A stretch of 60,631 bases of DNA, the filler included, from Basidiobolus ranarum (Eukaryota), in assembly GCA_040143965.1 (NCBI GenBank). It is 10 parts of 10 records of this genome, joined end to end, with 100 filler letters (N's around TTAATTAATTAA, not from the genome) between each part and the next. Parts side by side here need not be neighbours in the genome. Positions count along the whole stretch, not along the records: positions 24,347 to 30,324 come from JASJQH010001448.1; positions 30,425 to 36,390 come from JASJQH010001450.1; 8 more parts are not named here. One strand, written 5' to 3'. The stretch's first letter is position 1; the number at the start of each line of letters is the position of its first letter. Below are positions 24,347-34,877 of this stretch, in pieces. The notes beneath the pieces were generated by a model, which saw only the letters and a list, made by a program, of their open reading frames with translations, had not been told where the DNA came from and did not search any database. The translations under genes were made by a program, and so were the position numbers.

Positions 24347-26446
24347 CTTCCGCTGTAGAGATTGACCACAAAATCCACACTACCGCTGCTGCCGACGGAA
24401 GTTATTTAGTGATATGGTCGGATAAATCCAGAAACAATAACAAAGCGATACGTGCGGCATACTATAAACCGGGACAACTGATATCTAAACCATTTATTGT
24501 TGCCTCTGCATCCAATGAAGAAGTTTTTTACATGACTATCGTGAAATGTGATTCACTTAGACTCGGTGACGGTCACTATTGTATCTATGATGAAATTTTG
24601 AAAAAAGCACTAATATCTCGTACCTCATTCATCGCTACCTTTTCTCATGCCGGTTCTATATCTGTTCTACCAAAGGCACTTACCTCTGGCAATATTATTC
24701 AAGCAGTAAATACCGAGGCGTCTCAAGGAACCGTTCTTCCTTATGGAGGCCTTCTTTTGTCATCCAATGGGCCTACCCTAGTTTTTGATGAAAATTGGTC
24801 ACGTCAAACGCAGAATGTTGTAAACCTGAAGCCTTACACACTAACAGTATTATCCAACAACACTGTTATTTTCTTGGAAAAGCTTGAAGGGAATGGACAA
24901 CCAGGAGACTGGATGATTTGGAAGGGATGGAAGGCCACACTAGCCAACGTGAGTAAAAATATTCAGCAATCCAAATATAATGACAACCCAATTATCAAGT
25001 CTACTTCACCTACTCTGGGCAGAGAGATTCCGTTAAACACCGATTCCATCAAAATCACTTTCACTCGGGAAGATTTTCGTCTCGGGTTTGGTAATATCTC
25101 TATCTATGCTGCTGAATATCCGCAATACCCACGACAATTTATTACCGTCGTACCTGGTTATTCCAACATTGGTCCATCTTATGAGACTCCAGTGTCCAGA
25201 TATGCCTTCAATACTCCAAATACCGATTACTATGTGACTGTAGATGGCGGTGCATTCCACAGTAAGATTGATGAGCCGTTGATGGGAGTGAAGACAGGTG
25301 TGTGGTTCTTCAAAACCGCTGCAAAAACCCAGCCCAACGAAAACTCCGATACTGTTCTACAGATACGTATTTCAAACGATGTCTCTGAAGATTCTAACGC
25401 CGTCGCTTCTCTCTTGAAGAATGAACTTTCCCAAATCCTACCTGTTGAAAGTGAACGTATTTCCGTACGTCGTCTCCGTAGTGATGGTGATGCCGGGGAT
25501 ATATATCAAGTTACTTTGAAACGTCTTCATGGAAATGGAAAGCAAACTGCAGCCAATCTTGCCCTAGATTTCCAGTCAATGCTTACGAACAAAGTCACTT
25601 CTGGACTACAGTTGGGTTCTACTACTCGGAGCATCGATTCCGAGTTTGGAGTGATCATTGAGGAGAATGTCTTTTCATCGAACAAGTGGGTATTTACTGG
25701 AATCCTATGTGGTGGCGTTGTATTCCTGATATTATTTGGAGTTATGCACCGTCGTTACCCAGACAGTAATAACCTGATGATACTAATGTTGGTGATATCT
25801 CTGTTTGATTTCGTTTCGGACTTATTTTTCGTGGTAATGAATTCCGGAGATGTACCTTCATTACGTGTTCCAAGTATCATTTTCTTTGTGATTCCATTTG
25901 CCTTCAATATGATTGCCTCCACTGGTATCATTGTTAAAGAGGTATCTACCAATCCATACTTTCATGAATGGTTCACACGTAGAACTTTGGTTACTAGTGC
26001 CGTTTCTGTACTGAGTGCAACGAACCCCTATCTTTTGAACTTATTAAGCAGTAAAATCGGTGGAATGAGTGACCTTGATGCTCCAATGTCCGGTAAAGTT
26101 TCTAAATGGATACTTTACTGTACAGCCATCGACATTATTATCGAAGATATACCACAGCTGGTTATTCAGGTAAATCCATTGATAACTTTCCTCTCACAAT
26201 TCTAATCTTGACCTTAACTCTTATTTTATTTAGACATTGTACAAGACCCACAATGGTTACTTCAAACTGGCTCCGTTACTTTCATTAGTTTCTAGTTGTC
26301 TAGGTATCATACTGGCCATTATTTCAAATGTATTCACTTATATAGCCCACAAGAATCCTCCCAAGAATATCGCACGTAAAGGAACTGATTTCAAGGGATC
26401 TCATTTTCAAATCAATGAGACTATTGAACAGGTCAAATATATTTGA
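24347..26446 (+). CDS. Large membrane protein: extracellular beta-rich/Ig-like (SbsA/Big_5-like) region plus about 6 C-terminal TM segments; 5' truncated
   Basis: Frame is open from the contig start. Ig-like segment IKSTSP...IKITF...GNISIY...YYVTVDGGAF...WFFKT. An intron at 26170-26233 joins EDIPQLVIQ to TLYKTHNG...; stop at 26444-26446. Confidence 0.85.
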
Positions 26447-26631
26447 TTGAATCAAGTCGGAATTTTTAGATTCTCAGTAATTTCCTCCATCCACTTCACT
26501 TCTTATCTCCTACTTAATACTTATTCTAATATTTATTATGAACTAGTTTATACCCAACCCACTAAGTTAAGATCTATCTAATACACCGTAGTTCGAAACC
26601 CCGTCACTTTTGAAAGATTTTTTACAATTAA

Positions 26632-26700
26632 TAATATCGCAACTACCAAGCATTTAATATCGCAACTACCAAGCATTTAATATCGCAACTACCAAGCATT
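26632..26700. repeat. Perfect 23-bp tandem repeat x3
   Basis: (taatatcgcaactaccaagcatt)3 with no spacers. Confidence 0.95.
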
Positions 26701-27833
26701 TACTGATTTATTTGAAAGTATTTCAATAAGCGTTACTAGTTACCAAGTTATTACTAATCGAAGTCTACAATATCAATCTTGTATTAGAAATATTAGAGTT
26801 AAGCACCTAAATAGTTATATAAACTGTTTATTCACATACTACATCACCAAAATTTTGGCTTAATTTGATGCTTTGACATATATAATATCACTAGGTATGC
26901 AAGTAAACACCTATGGATATAAGTGATGGATATATTCTGAATACTACGTTAATTTGGTTCATTCAATCAAACTGATGTAAGTTCGTATATACAGTTTAGC
27001 AGCACTGTAGAAAGAATCGAAGCCCATAAGATTTACTAACTCTAAGAGGCAATTAAGGAGCCTAAAATGCGGCGTCATATCACCTTGGTACAAGATTATT
27101 TTCTGTAATATTGATTTTCAGTTATACATCTTCTGCGCCAGAATTTAGAAGATAAAACCCATCTGCAAATCCAGATTTAAATATTACTGGTTGACAGGGG
27201 TTAACAATAGCTCAAATTTTACCAGTTCTTTCACCCTTCTCACTAAGAGATGTTAACTCCTCAAGGCTTCCTCCAGCAGCATCATTTACCAGTGAGAAAG
27301 CGTTACAAAACTAATTACTTGTATTGACAGTTAGATATTTAATCTACCCAATGACTTGAATGGATGAGCTCCAAGACATCCAAAACACGATAGAATATTA
27401 TGAGTTAAAAAAGATCTTGAATTGAAGTATAACAGCGCAAGCAATAAAATAAGCAACATCGCATTGTAGCTCAGTAAGGCGATTCTAATTTATTGTAACC
27501 TCTTTTGATTAAAACTAGTCGAATATCGTACCTGTTTAAAACGAATCAACTTTATCGGGCACTTTATAGTTGTAAGGATAGCATCAAATCTGGCATTTAC
27601 ATAAACTATCACACTCTGTGCTCACATCCTTCACCCTAAATACGATTTCTATACAGTATAAGAGATGCTTAGCCTGGCGATAGTTTTCAACTAAGCCCGC
27701 GTGAATCACCGGCATCAGCCCAACTGATCAGATGAACTGCGCCCACCTAACTAACTATAAAAGCGATACCAATTCACTTGGAAGTATATTACACTCAGAA
27801 ACAATAACTTTCATCGACCATCCTCTTGACACC

Positions 27834-28242
27834 ATGAAATCAACCTTTTCCATTACTATGTTCTCTATGGCTATATTCACTTTTGGATTAGTTTACGCTC
27901 AAGAGAGCGGTGCTTTACTAAGTAAGTAGTCTACCTACAAATAATGAAACTTAAAACTCACATTAAATTATAGAGCTGGAGAATACACCTCAAGATACCG
28001 CTCAACAGCTGTCTTTTCCAGGGAATTCATGTCAGCGAGTAACTTTTGGACCAGTGGATACAGCAAGTGTCACACCTCAACCTCCAAGCAAGTTTGCTCA
28101 AGCAGTATTATATCGCTCTTTACAAGACTGTAATCAACGAAAGAATCGAATTGCTTTAATTTCTTCTGACAAAGGAGATGTTCCTATTGCTCAAAAAGGG
28201 AAAACTGTTACTGTTGGAGCGGTAAGGATTTTGATCAAATGA
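27834..28242 (+). CDS. Small secreted protein, 118 aa, two exons (27834-27921, 27974-28242), 2 Cys
   Basis: Signal-peptide-like MKSTFSITMFSMAIFTFGLVYA. A GTAAGT...TAG intron fuses ORFs 27732 and 28054 into one open frame. TATAAAA at about 27757 and AATAAA downstream. Confidence 0.8.
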
Positions 28243-29136
28243 GTTCAAGTTAATTATAGCATGATTCTACCATTTGCATACATAAATCCCAATGTATTTC
28301 AATAAACAGCACTCATGAATTTTCTAATTTTAGTGCATTGTTATTCTTTCTTGGTTCAGTTGGGATGTGTAGTCGGTTAATGAATGAATGCCAATTTAAG
28401 CTAATAGTTTAGCACGAGATATTGAGATACATAACCTTCCCTACACCAAAACATATTCGTAAGCTAAACCTTATCAATGACCTTCGCAGAACTCTGTTAT
28501 CTCTATAATAAAGATCAGTAACTCCGTATCTTTCACACAGAGCGTAATAATTGAATTTAATAAGAACATCCAACCTATGTATAATATGTAGTGAATATAT
28601 ATCCCCAGAGAGTAGTAAGCGCAATCTGCTGAGATTTCAATTCTTCATCTTAATTGATTAACCAAGTCTGTAATTGTAGTCAAATATCATATCGATTAGC
28701 AGAAAGCAATAGTTAGACATACAAGTACGTCAATATAATTATCAAGATTTGCGAATATGATGGTGAATGACAGCAGTTTATGCTAGACCCTTGAATTTGC
28801 AAGTAAATATGCTTTACAGACCGATGCTATATAAAACCAACCATGTTGTATCAAAGTGAAGATCATTTTGAAGCAATTGAAAAATTGTGAGTGTAACTGA
28901 AATCCAAGCAGATAAAAAACCATCTACGTAAGCACTTCAGGATTTAATGCCACATATAGATATGATCAGATATCCAAAGTGAACGTAACTAAAAACACAC
29001 CATTTTCATATGTTTGGATTTATGATAGGCATTTGTCATACTTGGTTATTACTCTTTTTAGAGCTAGTTTCCGATATCTTTACAAATTTTTGGTCATGTG
29101 CTTAATTGTAAAAACAGAAAAAAATGTTGAGAATCG

Positions 29137-29209
29137 CAACCCAACCGGGGGTCGAACCCGGGACCTTCCGCTTAGGAGGCGGACGCTCTATCCACTGAGC
29201 TACAGGGCC
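29137..29209 (-). tRNA. tRNA-Arg (anticodon CCT), intronless
   Basis: GGCCCTGTAGCTCAGTGGATAGAGCGTCCGCCTCCTAAGCGGAAGGTCCCGGGTTCGACCCCCGGTTGGGTTG: D arm, anticodon stem TCCGC/GCGGA, T arm CCGGG-TTCGACC-CCCGG; T7 Pol III terminator at about 29118-29124. Confidence 0.92.
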
Positions 29210-29469
29210 TTACTTGGCAAAGGATTAGAAATTAAACATCAACATGCTACAAACGATTCAATTCAAGTCAATTTTCATCGTTTGAGATTAACAGTAATAA
29301 CGGTGACTTTCATTTGTTCATAGATGTAAAATCTTCAACCAATGCCCTAGCTAGGAATACAACCAATCGAGTTCTTTTCAAGTAGAGAAGTATGATTAGT
29401 ATTATGGATGGACTATAAAGTCAGAGTAAGTTGATTATTCAATTGAGTCAATGCAGTTAATTATCTCAA

Positions 29470-29880
29470 CTAGAAATGAGTTGACAGAAGTAAATATAGG
29501 CTCTGATAAGTTTCCAACATTGGTACCAAATGTGACAGCTAGTATTTCACACTTTTTGAATCTAATGCCAGCGAGAGTGTTCCGGTCGAAAAGGATAAAA
29601 AAAGTGGATACCATGATCAATATTCTCAATATGGTGTGGGTATGTGCAAGGGATAGAATACATATCTCCAGGCAAATAGGTGCCCAAATTTTCCTCTTGT
29701 GTTCGTAACTGTCGTATGTGTTTTTCCCTTCGCTATGTAGCTCATCTTAGCAGTGATTGGATGCCAATGGAGTTCACGCATACTTTTACTTGTATCAATG
29801 ATCAATGACCTGTAATGAATACATCGACATATCATTAAAAATAGACCAAAACCGCAAGGTACTGCATTTTGTTCTACTGC
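29470..29880 (-). pseudogene. Frameshifted cupin, oxalate decarboxylase (OxdC)-like
   Basis: MRELHWHP (29758-29781), then after frameshifts PGDMYSIPCTYPHHIENI and ILFD...EILAVTFG. These are cupin motifs 1 and 2 split across frames. Confidence 0.75.
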
Positions 29881-30424
29881 AACAACATCAAGTCAGAAAT
29901 ATATATCAACAGTATCAAAAACAACAATAGTAAATTGGGAATAGGTCGATGAGAAGTGATTTTTTACTTGGCAAAATATTTCGATCCCACAATTATATAG
30001 TATCTCATTGTCTGGACAAAAATGAGTGAAGATTCTATACTGAAAATTAATTCTCAGTAGGAAACTTTTACCTGTTATTTTATAATAACAACTAGTTTTC
30101 AACATGATGTAATCTGGGCGACATTACTCAATTATGATTAAAATCCCCCAGGTGAGCTCGGATTGCAACCCGGGTAGTTCGCCGTTTACTGACTTGAGAA
30201 ATATCCTCCTGCAAAATATTTGATTAATGTAACAATTAGACACTCCATACATGATATGGTTCAACTTGATTAGGGCAAAAGGGATGTGTATTCATTTCTG
30301 TCTACGTTGAAAATTTCTATAATANNNNNNNNNNNNNNNNNNNNNNNNNNNNNNNNNNNNNNNNNNNNTTAATTAATTAANNNNNNNNNNNNNNNNNNNN
30401 NNNNNNNNNNNNNNNNNNNNNNNN

Positions 30425-30660
30425 GGCTCATCATCCCCACGCCGTCCACCTCGTCTGGGTGGAAATCGCCCATCTGGCTCATCATCCCCATGCCTTCCAC
30501 CACGTCTGGGAGGGAATCGGCCTTCTGGCTCATCATCCCAACGTCTTCCACCACGTCTGGGAGGGAATCTGCCTTCTGGCTCATCATCCCAGCGTCTTCC
30601 TCCACCACCACGTCGGGGTGGGAATTGACCACCAGGTTCATCATCCCTGCGTCCACGGCC
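30425..30660 (-). repeat. Coding tandem repeat of about 51 bp (consensus RRWDDEPEGRFPPRRGG), at least 4.5 units
   Basis: Repeated ggctcatcatccc...cgtctggg units running into the contig edge. Confidence 0.92.
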
Positions 30661-31845
30661 ACGTCTAGGATAATCATCGTAATCATCATCATCATCCCAA
30701 TCGGGACGTCTACCACCTCTTGATGGATGATCATGTCTTCTACCTCTTCTCGGAGGTAGATCGCGGTCACTATCATTGTGTTTTCCTTTTTTTTTACCCA
30801 GATCTCCTCGTCGCAAAAGCCTCTTCAGATCGGTAGAGTAGATCAATTTAGTTGATAGGTGATTAATCAAAATTCTTCTTAACTCCATGAGGCCATAAGA
30901 CGAGAAAAGATGTTTCAATGCTTTACGACCAAGGCCTTTGAAGGCGTAATTGGTTGGGATAAATCCAGTAATACCATTAGCATTGAATTCCTTCTCCAGA
31001 CCAGTTTTTTCTACTGCTTTAATAAAAATGGTGAACTCCTTGGAGATTTCTTTCAGTTGCTTAAGCATACGATTAGGCGGCAGAATCACTTCATTGATGA
31101 CATGCACCACTCCGTTACGTGCTTCCATATCCGTTTCCTTAATTGTTACTCCATAGTTTATATAAAAGTGGTTTTTGTACGATTCGATCAATAATCTTTG
31201 TGGATGACCCTCTAACCTCGAGCTAACGAAGGCTGTGGGAACTAGAGGAGTTGTTTCGAAATCGTCTTCAGTTAAAAAGTCCCGTACAACATGGTATTGT
31301 AAGATCTAGCAATAAATGTATTATTATCATCTATTCACTAAATTCTTAAAATTTACAGAAGCTAGCTACCTTCTGCAGTTTTTCTTCTGAATACTTCTGA
31401 TGGCTCTTTTGAAGTTTGTTAAAGGCCTTATCTGTGGGAGCAAAGATTGTCCACTAGAAAATATAATGGAAAACACGCAAACTCAGGACTTGAATTATTG
31501 CTGATTAATTTCTAAACAATTTTAGCAAACCTCTTCTCTAGGATCGCCCAGATCGCCCTCGAAAGCATTGTTGGCACCGATTTTTTTTAGGAACTTTGTA
31601 AAGCGGCCATCTTTACCTAATAGTTCAAGTACAGTTTCACTCCCTTCGTGAAGGCAATTATTGGAATCAGTTGAACCGTCAGCTGACTCTTCTGATGTGG
31701 TTGGTACAATCTGGAGCTTGTCTGCTTCCAGGTTGACGCTTTCCGAACCATCCTCCATCACCTTCTCCAAGATCTCCCCACTTCCAAGAGCCTTTGTCTC
31801 ATCAGAAGAAAACGAGTAAAAAGATTTAACTTCACTACTTGACAT
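30425..31845 (-). CDS. Fasciclin (FAS1) domain protein with an Arg/Gly/Asp-rich repeat; 3' truncated; start uncertain
   Basis: FAS1 motifs WTIFAPTDKAF, ILQYHVV, EARNGVVHVINEVILPP and ITGFIPTNYAF; introns about 31455-31530 and 31308-31370. Confidence 0.9.
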
Positions 31846-33099
31846 ATCCTTAAAAAAAACGGTTCAACACAATGTAAATCAGATAAATAAAGAAACTTAA
31901 TCCACACCTGAAGGATAACAGTAACCAAAGAATACAAGTATAGCAAGTAAGTTTTTAGTAAACTCTGTTGGTTTCCTGACGATTTGTTTAAATAGAATTA
32001 TTCAAATGGCATATAGATTTTTGAATTTTCTAAGCCACCCAATATTAATACATTTATATAGAATCTGTATATGAGTCGCATTAATCCTAGCAACATAAAA
32101 TAAGAGTGATCTGTACGTATGAGCTCATCAATAGGGCCACTTCGCATCAAATCACGCTTGCCTGAATTACATTAAGATTGGTGGCTTAGGCACAAGAATA
32201 AATGCCAACATGAGAGTGTGATGGGTATATGATTAATGAGCATAAATGACGACGTTCTGTCTATATACATATGATTAACAAACAAAAGTGCCCACTGCTC
32301 TATAATCTTTAGAGGTGGTTCCATAAAGAAAAGGAAGAGAAAAACGAATTGACGCCATTTCTTTTATTATAACTTTTTCTTAAATACATCACTGATATAT
32401 TGTCTTTTAGCCGATTATTTTTATTTAACGATGACAAATAATGTCTGAAAAAGAATTGGGTTTTGTCTCAAAAATAAGAGCAAATCATCTCATTTTTTGT
32501 GTTGTACACGTCCCAGAAAAGGTGAATCGTCTCAGGGTAGTCTAATTTTAATTTTCAGATCATCTCAATTGGATTTCCAATCGTCTCATTTTGTAGTAAA
32601 ACACTGTATACAAGGCAAGCCACCAGTCTGTTACAGATGACATTAGTAAGTACCAATTGTGGCTCTCCACGGCAACAACAAGAAAACCACGGCTTGGGAT
32701 GATCATTCTACTCCCTAAAAGAAAAGAGATACTATGAACAACTCCTAGTGTTCTTGTTAGCTTTTGAGGATAATGGCTTAGGCACGGATTGCAAAATTTA
32801 GTTTTACCCGAGTAACAAGTTTTAGGTGAAGGTAGATGGCTTTATAACAATATCCTAAATTTTCCCAGCTACACCCTCCTAATTAAAATAACTTCTTGGT
32901 GCTCTGCTGTCACCAATTCTTTGTTTTCTACTATGTGCGAATATTGTGAGAACATACAAACACAGTAAAGAAGTTTTTGATTTCTTCCAACAACCAACTG
33001 ATTTTAACGGGAAAAGGTGTTTCTTATGAACATTTACTGAAATTGTGCATTGGGGGAAAGGTATTGCTTAAATAATACTATACAACACAATCAACTATC

Positions 33100-33522
33100 C
33101 TAGAAAAAAGTAAGTCCTTGAGAGATAATGGTTGCGTCATTTTCAATAGAAGAATGTAGCTCATGAGAATCAGGATTATTTAATATACTAGTGAGAGACT
33201 TGCCTGCCAGTGCAATCAAAGGGAATATATCCAGATATTGTGCTGCTTCTAATAGCTCCAACAAAGTCTCCTGGTCAACGTTAACGAATTCTTTATCCCA
33301 CTCTGAGAAATCCTCTTTCGAAACATCACTGTGTTCGAAAATCGGGTCCTGTTTGTGGTGGTTCAGATACTCCAAGATTTTACTGAAAGTACCTCCGTTA
33401 ACTTTAACAAGTCTAATGACATCTTCATTTCTCTCAACATGGTACTCCAAGAACGGAGAGTGCTTGGCTAGTGCTTCATCAACATTAAATGCTTTTCCAT
33501 CTGAAGTTTGAACGTTAACCAT
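33100..33522 (-). CDS. Divergent Skp1-like protein (POZ domain plus partial dimerisation domain), 140 aa
   Basis: TSDGKAFNVD, VNGGTFSKILEYLNHHK and EWDKEFVNVDQETLLELLEAAQYLDI; lacks the canonical EEIRxxFNIxNDFTPEEE tail. Confidence 0.88.
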   Translation of the reverse strand: MVNVQTSDGKAFNVDEALAKHSPFLEYHVERNEDVIRLVKVNGGTFSKILEYLNHHKQDPIFEHSDVSKEDFSEWDKEFVNVDQETLLELLEAAQYLDIFPLIALAGKSLTSILNNPDSHELHSSIENDATIISQGLTFF

Positions 33523-33989
33523 TAGTGTTGCTTTTAGAAATTAAGGAGTGATGGGATTGTCTCGCAATGAGCGCAACAGATGTCTTCGGCGCTATTTAAC
33601 TGAATCTACGTTGTATTACGACAATGTGATTGGGTTAACGTGGTAATACTCTATCGGTATATAAGTTTCTTACATATAATAGTATTACATCTCCATTTAG
33701 TATCCTAATATAGTTCGATCACATGCTGGATCATAGAGGTTTGGGTTGGTAAAGGGCAGAGTGCTCCATGACAAAGCAGGTTTAAGCTCCTTGTTCAGAA
33801 TATAACCTGATTGACCATTCCATCAAGATTTTTAGCCAGGCTGACCAACGGCCAATTTGAGTAATGGCTCTAGTTTTACCGGAAATTCCTGATATATTGT
33901 TGAGGTACCAGGCGTAGTTCACGTGAGAATTTATACACAAGCTCAGGAGCGGGTAAGGACTGTAATTGGTATTTATTGATTTAAGATAT

Positions 33990-34877
33990 CTATTCAATCT
34001 TGTTCTTTCGCACTTGTTGTTGCACAAATTGTTCTATTGTTACTCTTCCACTCAATTGCTCCCCTTTCCCATCAAAGTCTATCCACCCAGAATTGAACCC
34101 AGAGAACATTTCTGTCCAAGGCTCGAGTGCGTTCTCTCCAACATGCGCTTGACTTAGTATATCCTTCCAATCAGATTTGGGTATTTCAACCGCCTGAACT
34201 TTATTACCAAGTATTTTTGAGAAAGCCTCTGCCACATCAATAGGTGAATATTTCTCAGGTCCTTGTAACTCAACAATCCTGACCCCTTTCCAATCCTGAA
34301 GCAGAACCTCTCCAGCTATTCTACCGATGTCCTTTGCTGCAACCATGGGGATTTTACGCTCCAATGGACTCAGAAAACTAGGTAACATTTGACTATTAAC
34401 CACTGTTGGAACTGCCGAAGCCCAATTTTCCATAAAATAGCCGGCTCGAATGAATGCTACAGGGATTTTAAGTTTACCGAACACTTGCTCCATCAGAAAC
34501 GTAGAGCGAATATTTCCAGTTCCCGAAGAATGTTGAGCCCCAATTGAGGATAACACCACTACTTTTTGAACATTTGCTTCTTGAACCGCAATGTAAAGCG
34601 CCTTTGATACATTCTCGACTTCCTCAAACATATCAGGAGCATCATACGCGGGTGGATTCATCAAATAAGCACCAGTGACTCCTTCAAAAGCTTTCTTCAA
34701 AGCCTCGACATCTTTGAGATCAGCTACTGCAACCTCACAACCTTTTTCAATGAATTCTTGCTGTTTCGACTCGTCTCTAATTATTACTCTAATTTTGGTC
34801 TTGGCCTTTAATAACGTATCCACCAAAACGGAGCCGGTATTTCCCGTAGGCCCTGTTATAGCATAAAGAGAAGACAT
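33990..34877 (-). CDS. NmrA-family NAD(P)-binding atypical SDR, 295 aa, intronless
   Basis: ATG at 34877 (MSSLYAITGPTGNTG); VVVLSSIGA, RAGYFMENW, PMVAAKDIG and ELQGPEKYSP; TATATAAA about 60 nt upstream. Confidence 0.9.
   Translation of the reverse strand: MSSLYAITGPTGNTGSVLVDTLLKAKTKIRVIIRDESKQQEFIEKGCEVAVADLKDVEALKKAFEGVTGAYLMNPPAYDAPDMFEEVENVSKALYIAVQEANVQKVVVLSSIGAQHSSGTGNIRSTFLMEQVFGKLKIPVAFIRAGYFMENWASAVPTVVNSQMLPSFLSPLERKIPMVAAKDIGRIAGEVLLQDWKGVRIVELQGPEKYSPIDVAEAFSKILGNKVQAVEIPKSDWKDILSQAHVGENALEPWTEMFSGFNSGWIDFDGKGEQLSGRVTIEQFVQQQVRKNKIE

Noticed and set aside
26632-26700. 23-bp direct repeats as a CRISPR array
   Set aside because: No spacers, no cas genes and a eukaryotic context; this is a simple minisatellite.
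26950-27650. Another possible RT remnant (LYQGDMTP on the minus strand)
   Set aside because: Only one motif-like word; no ordered supporting motifs.
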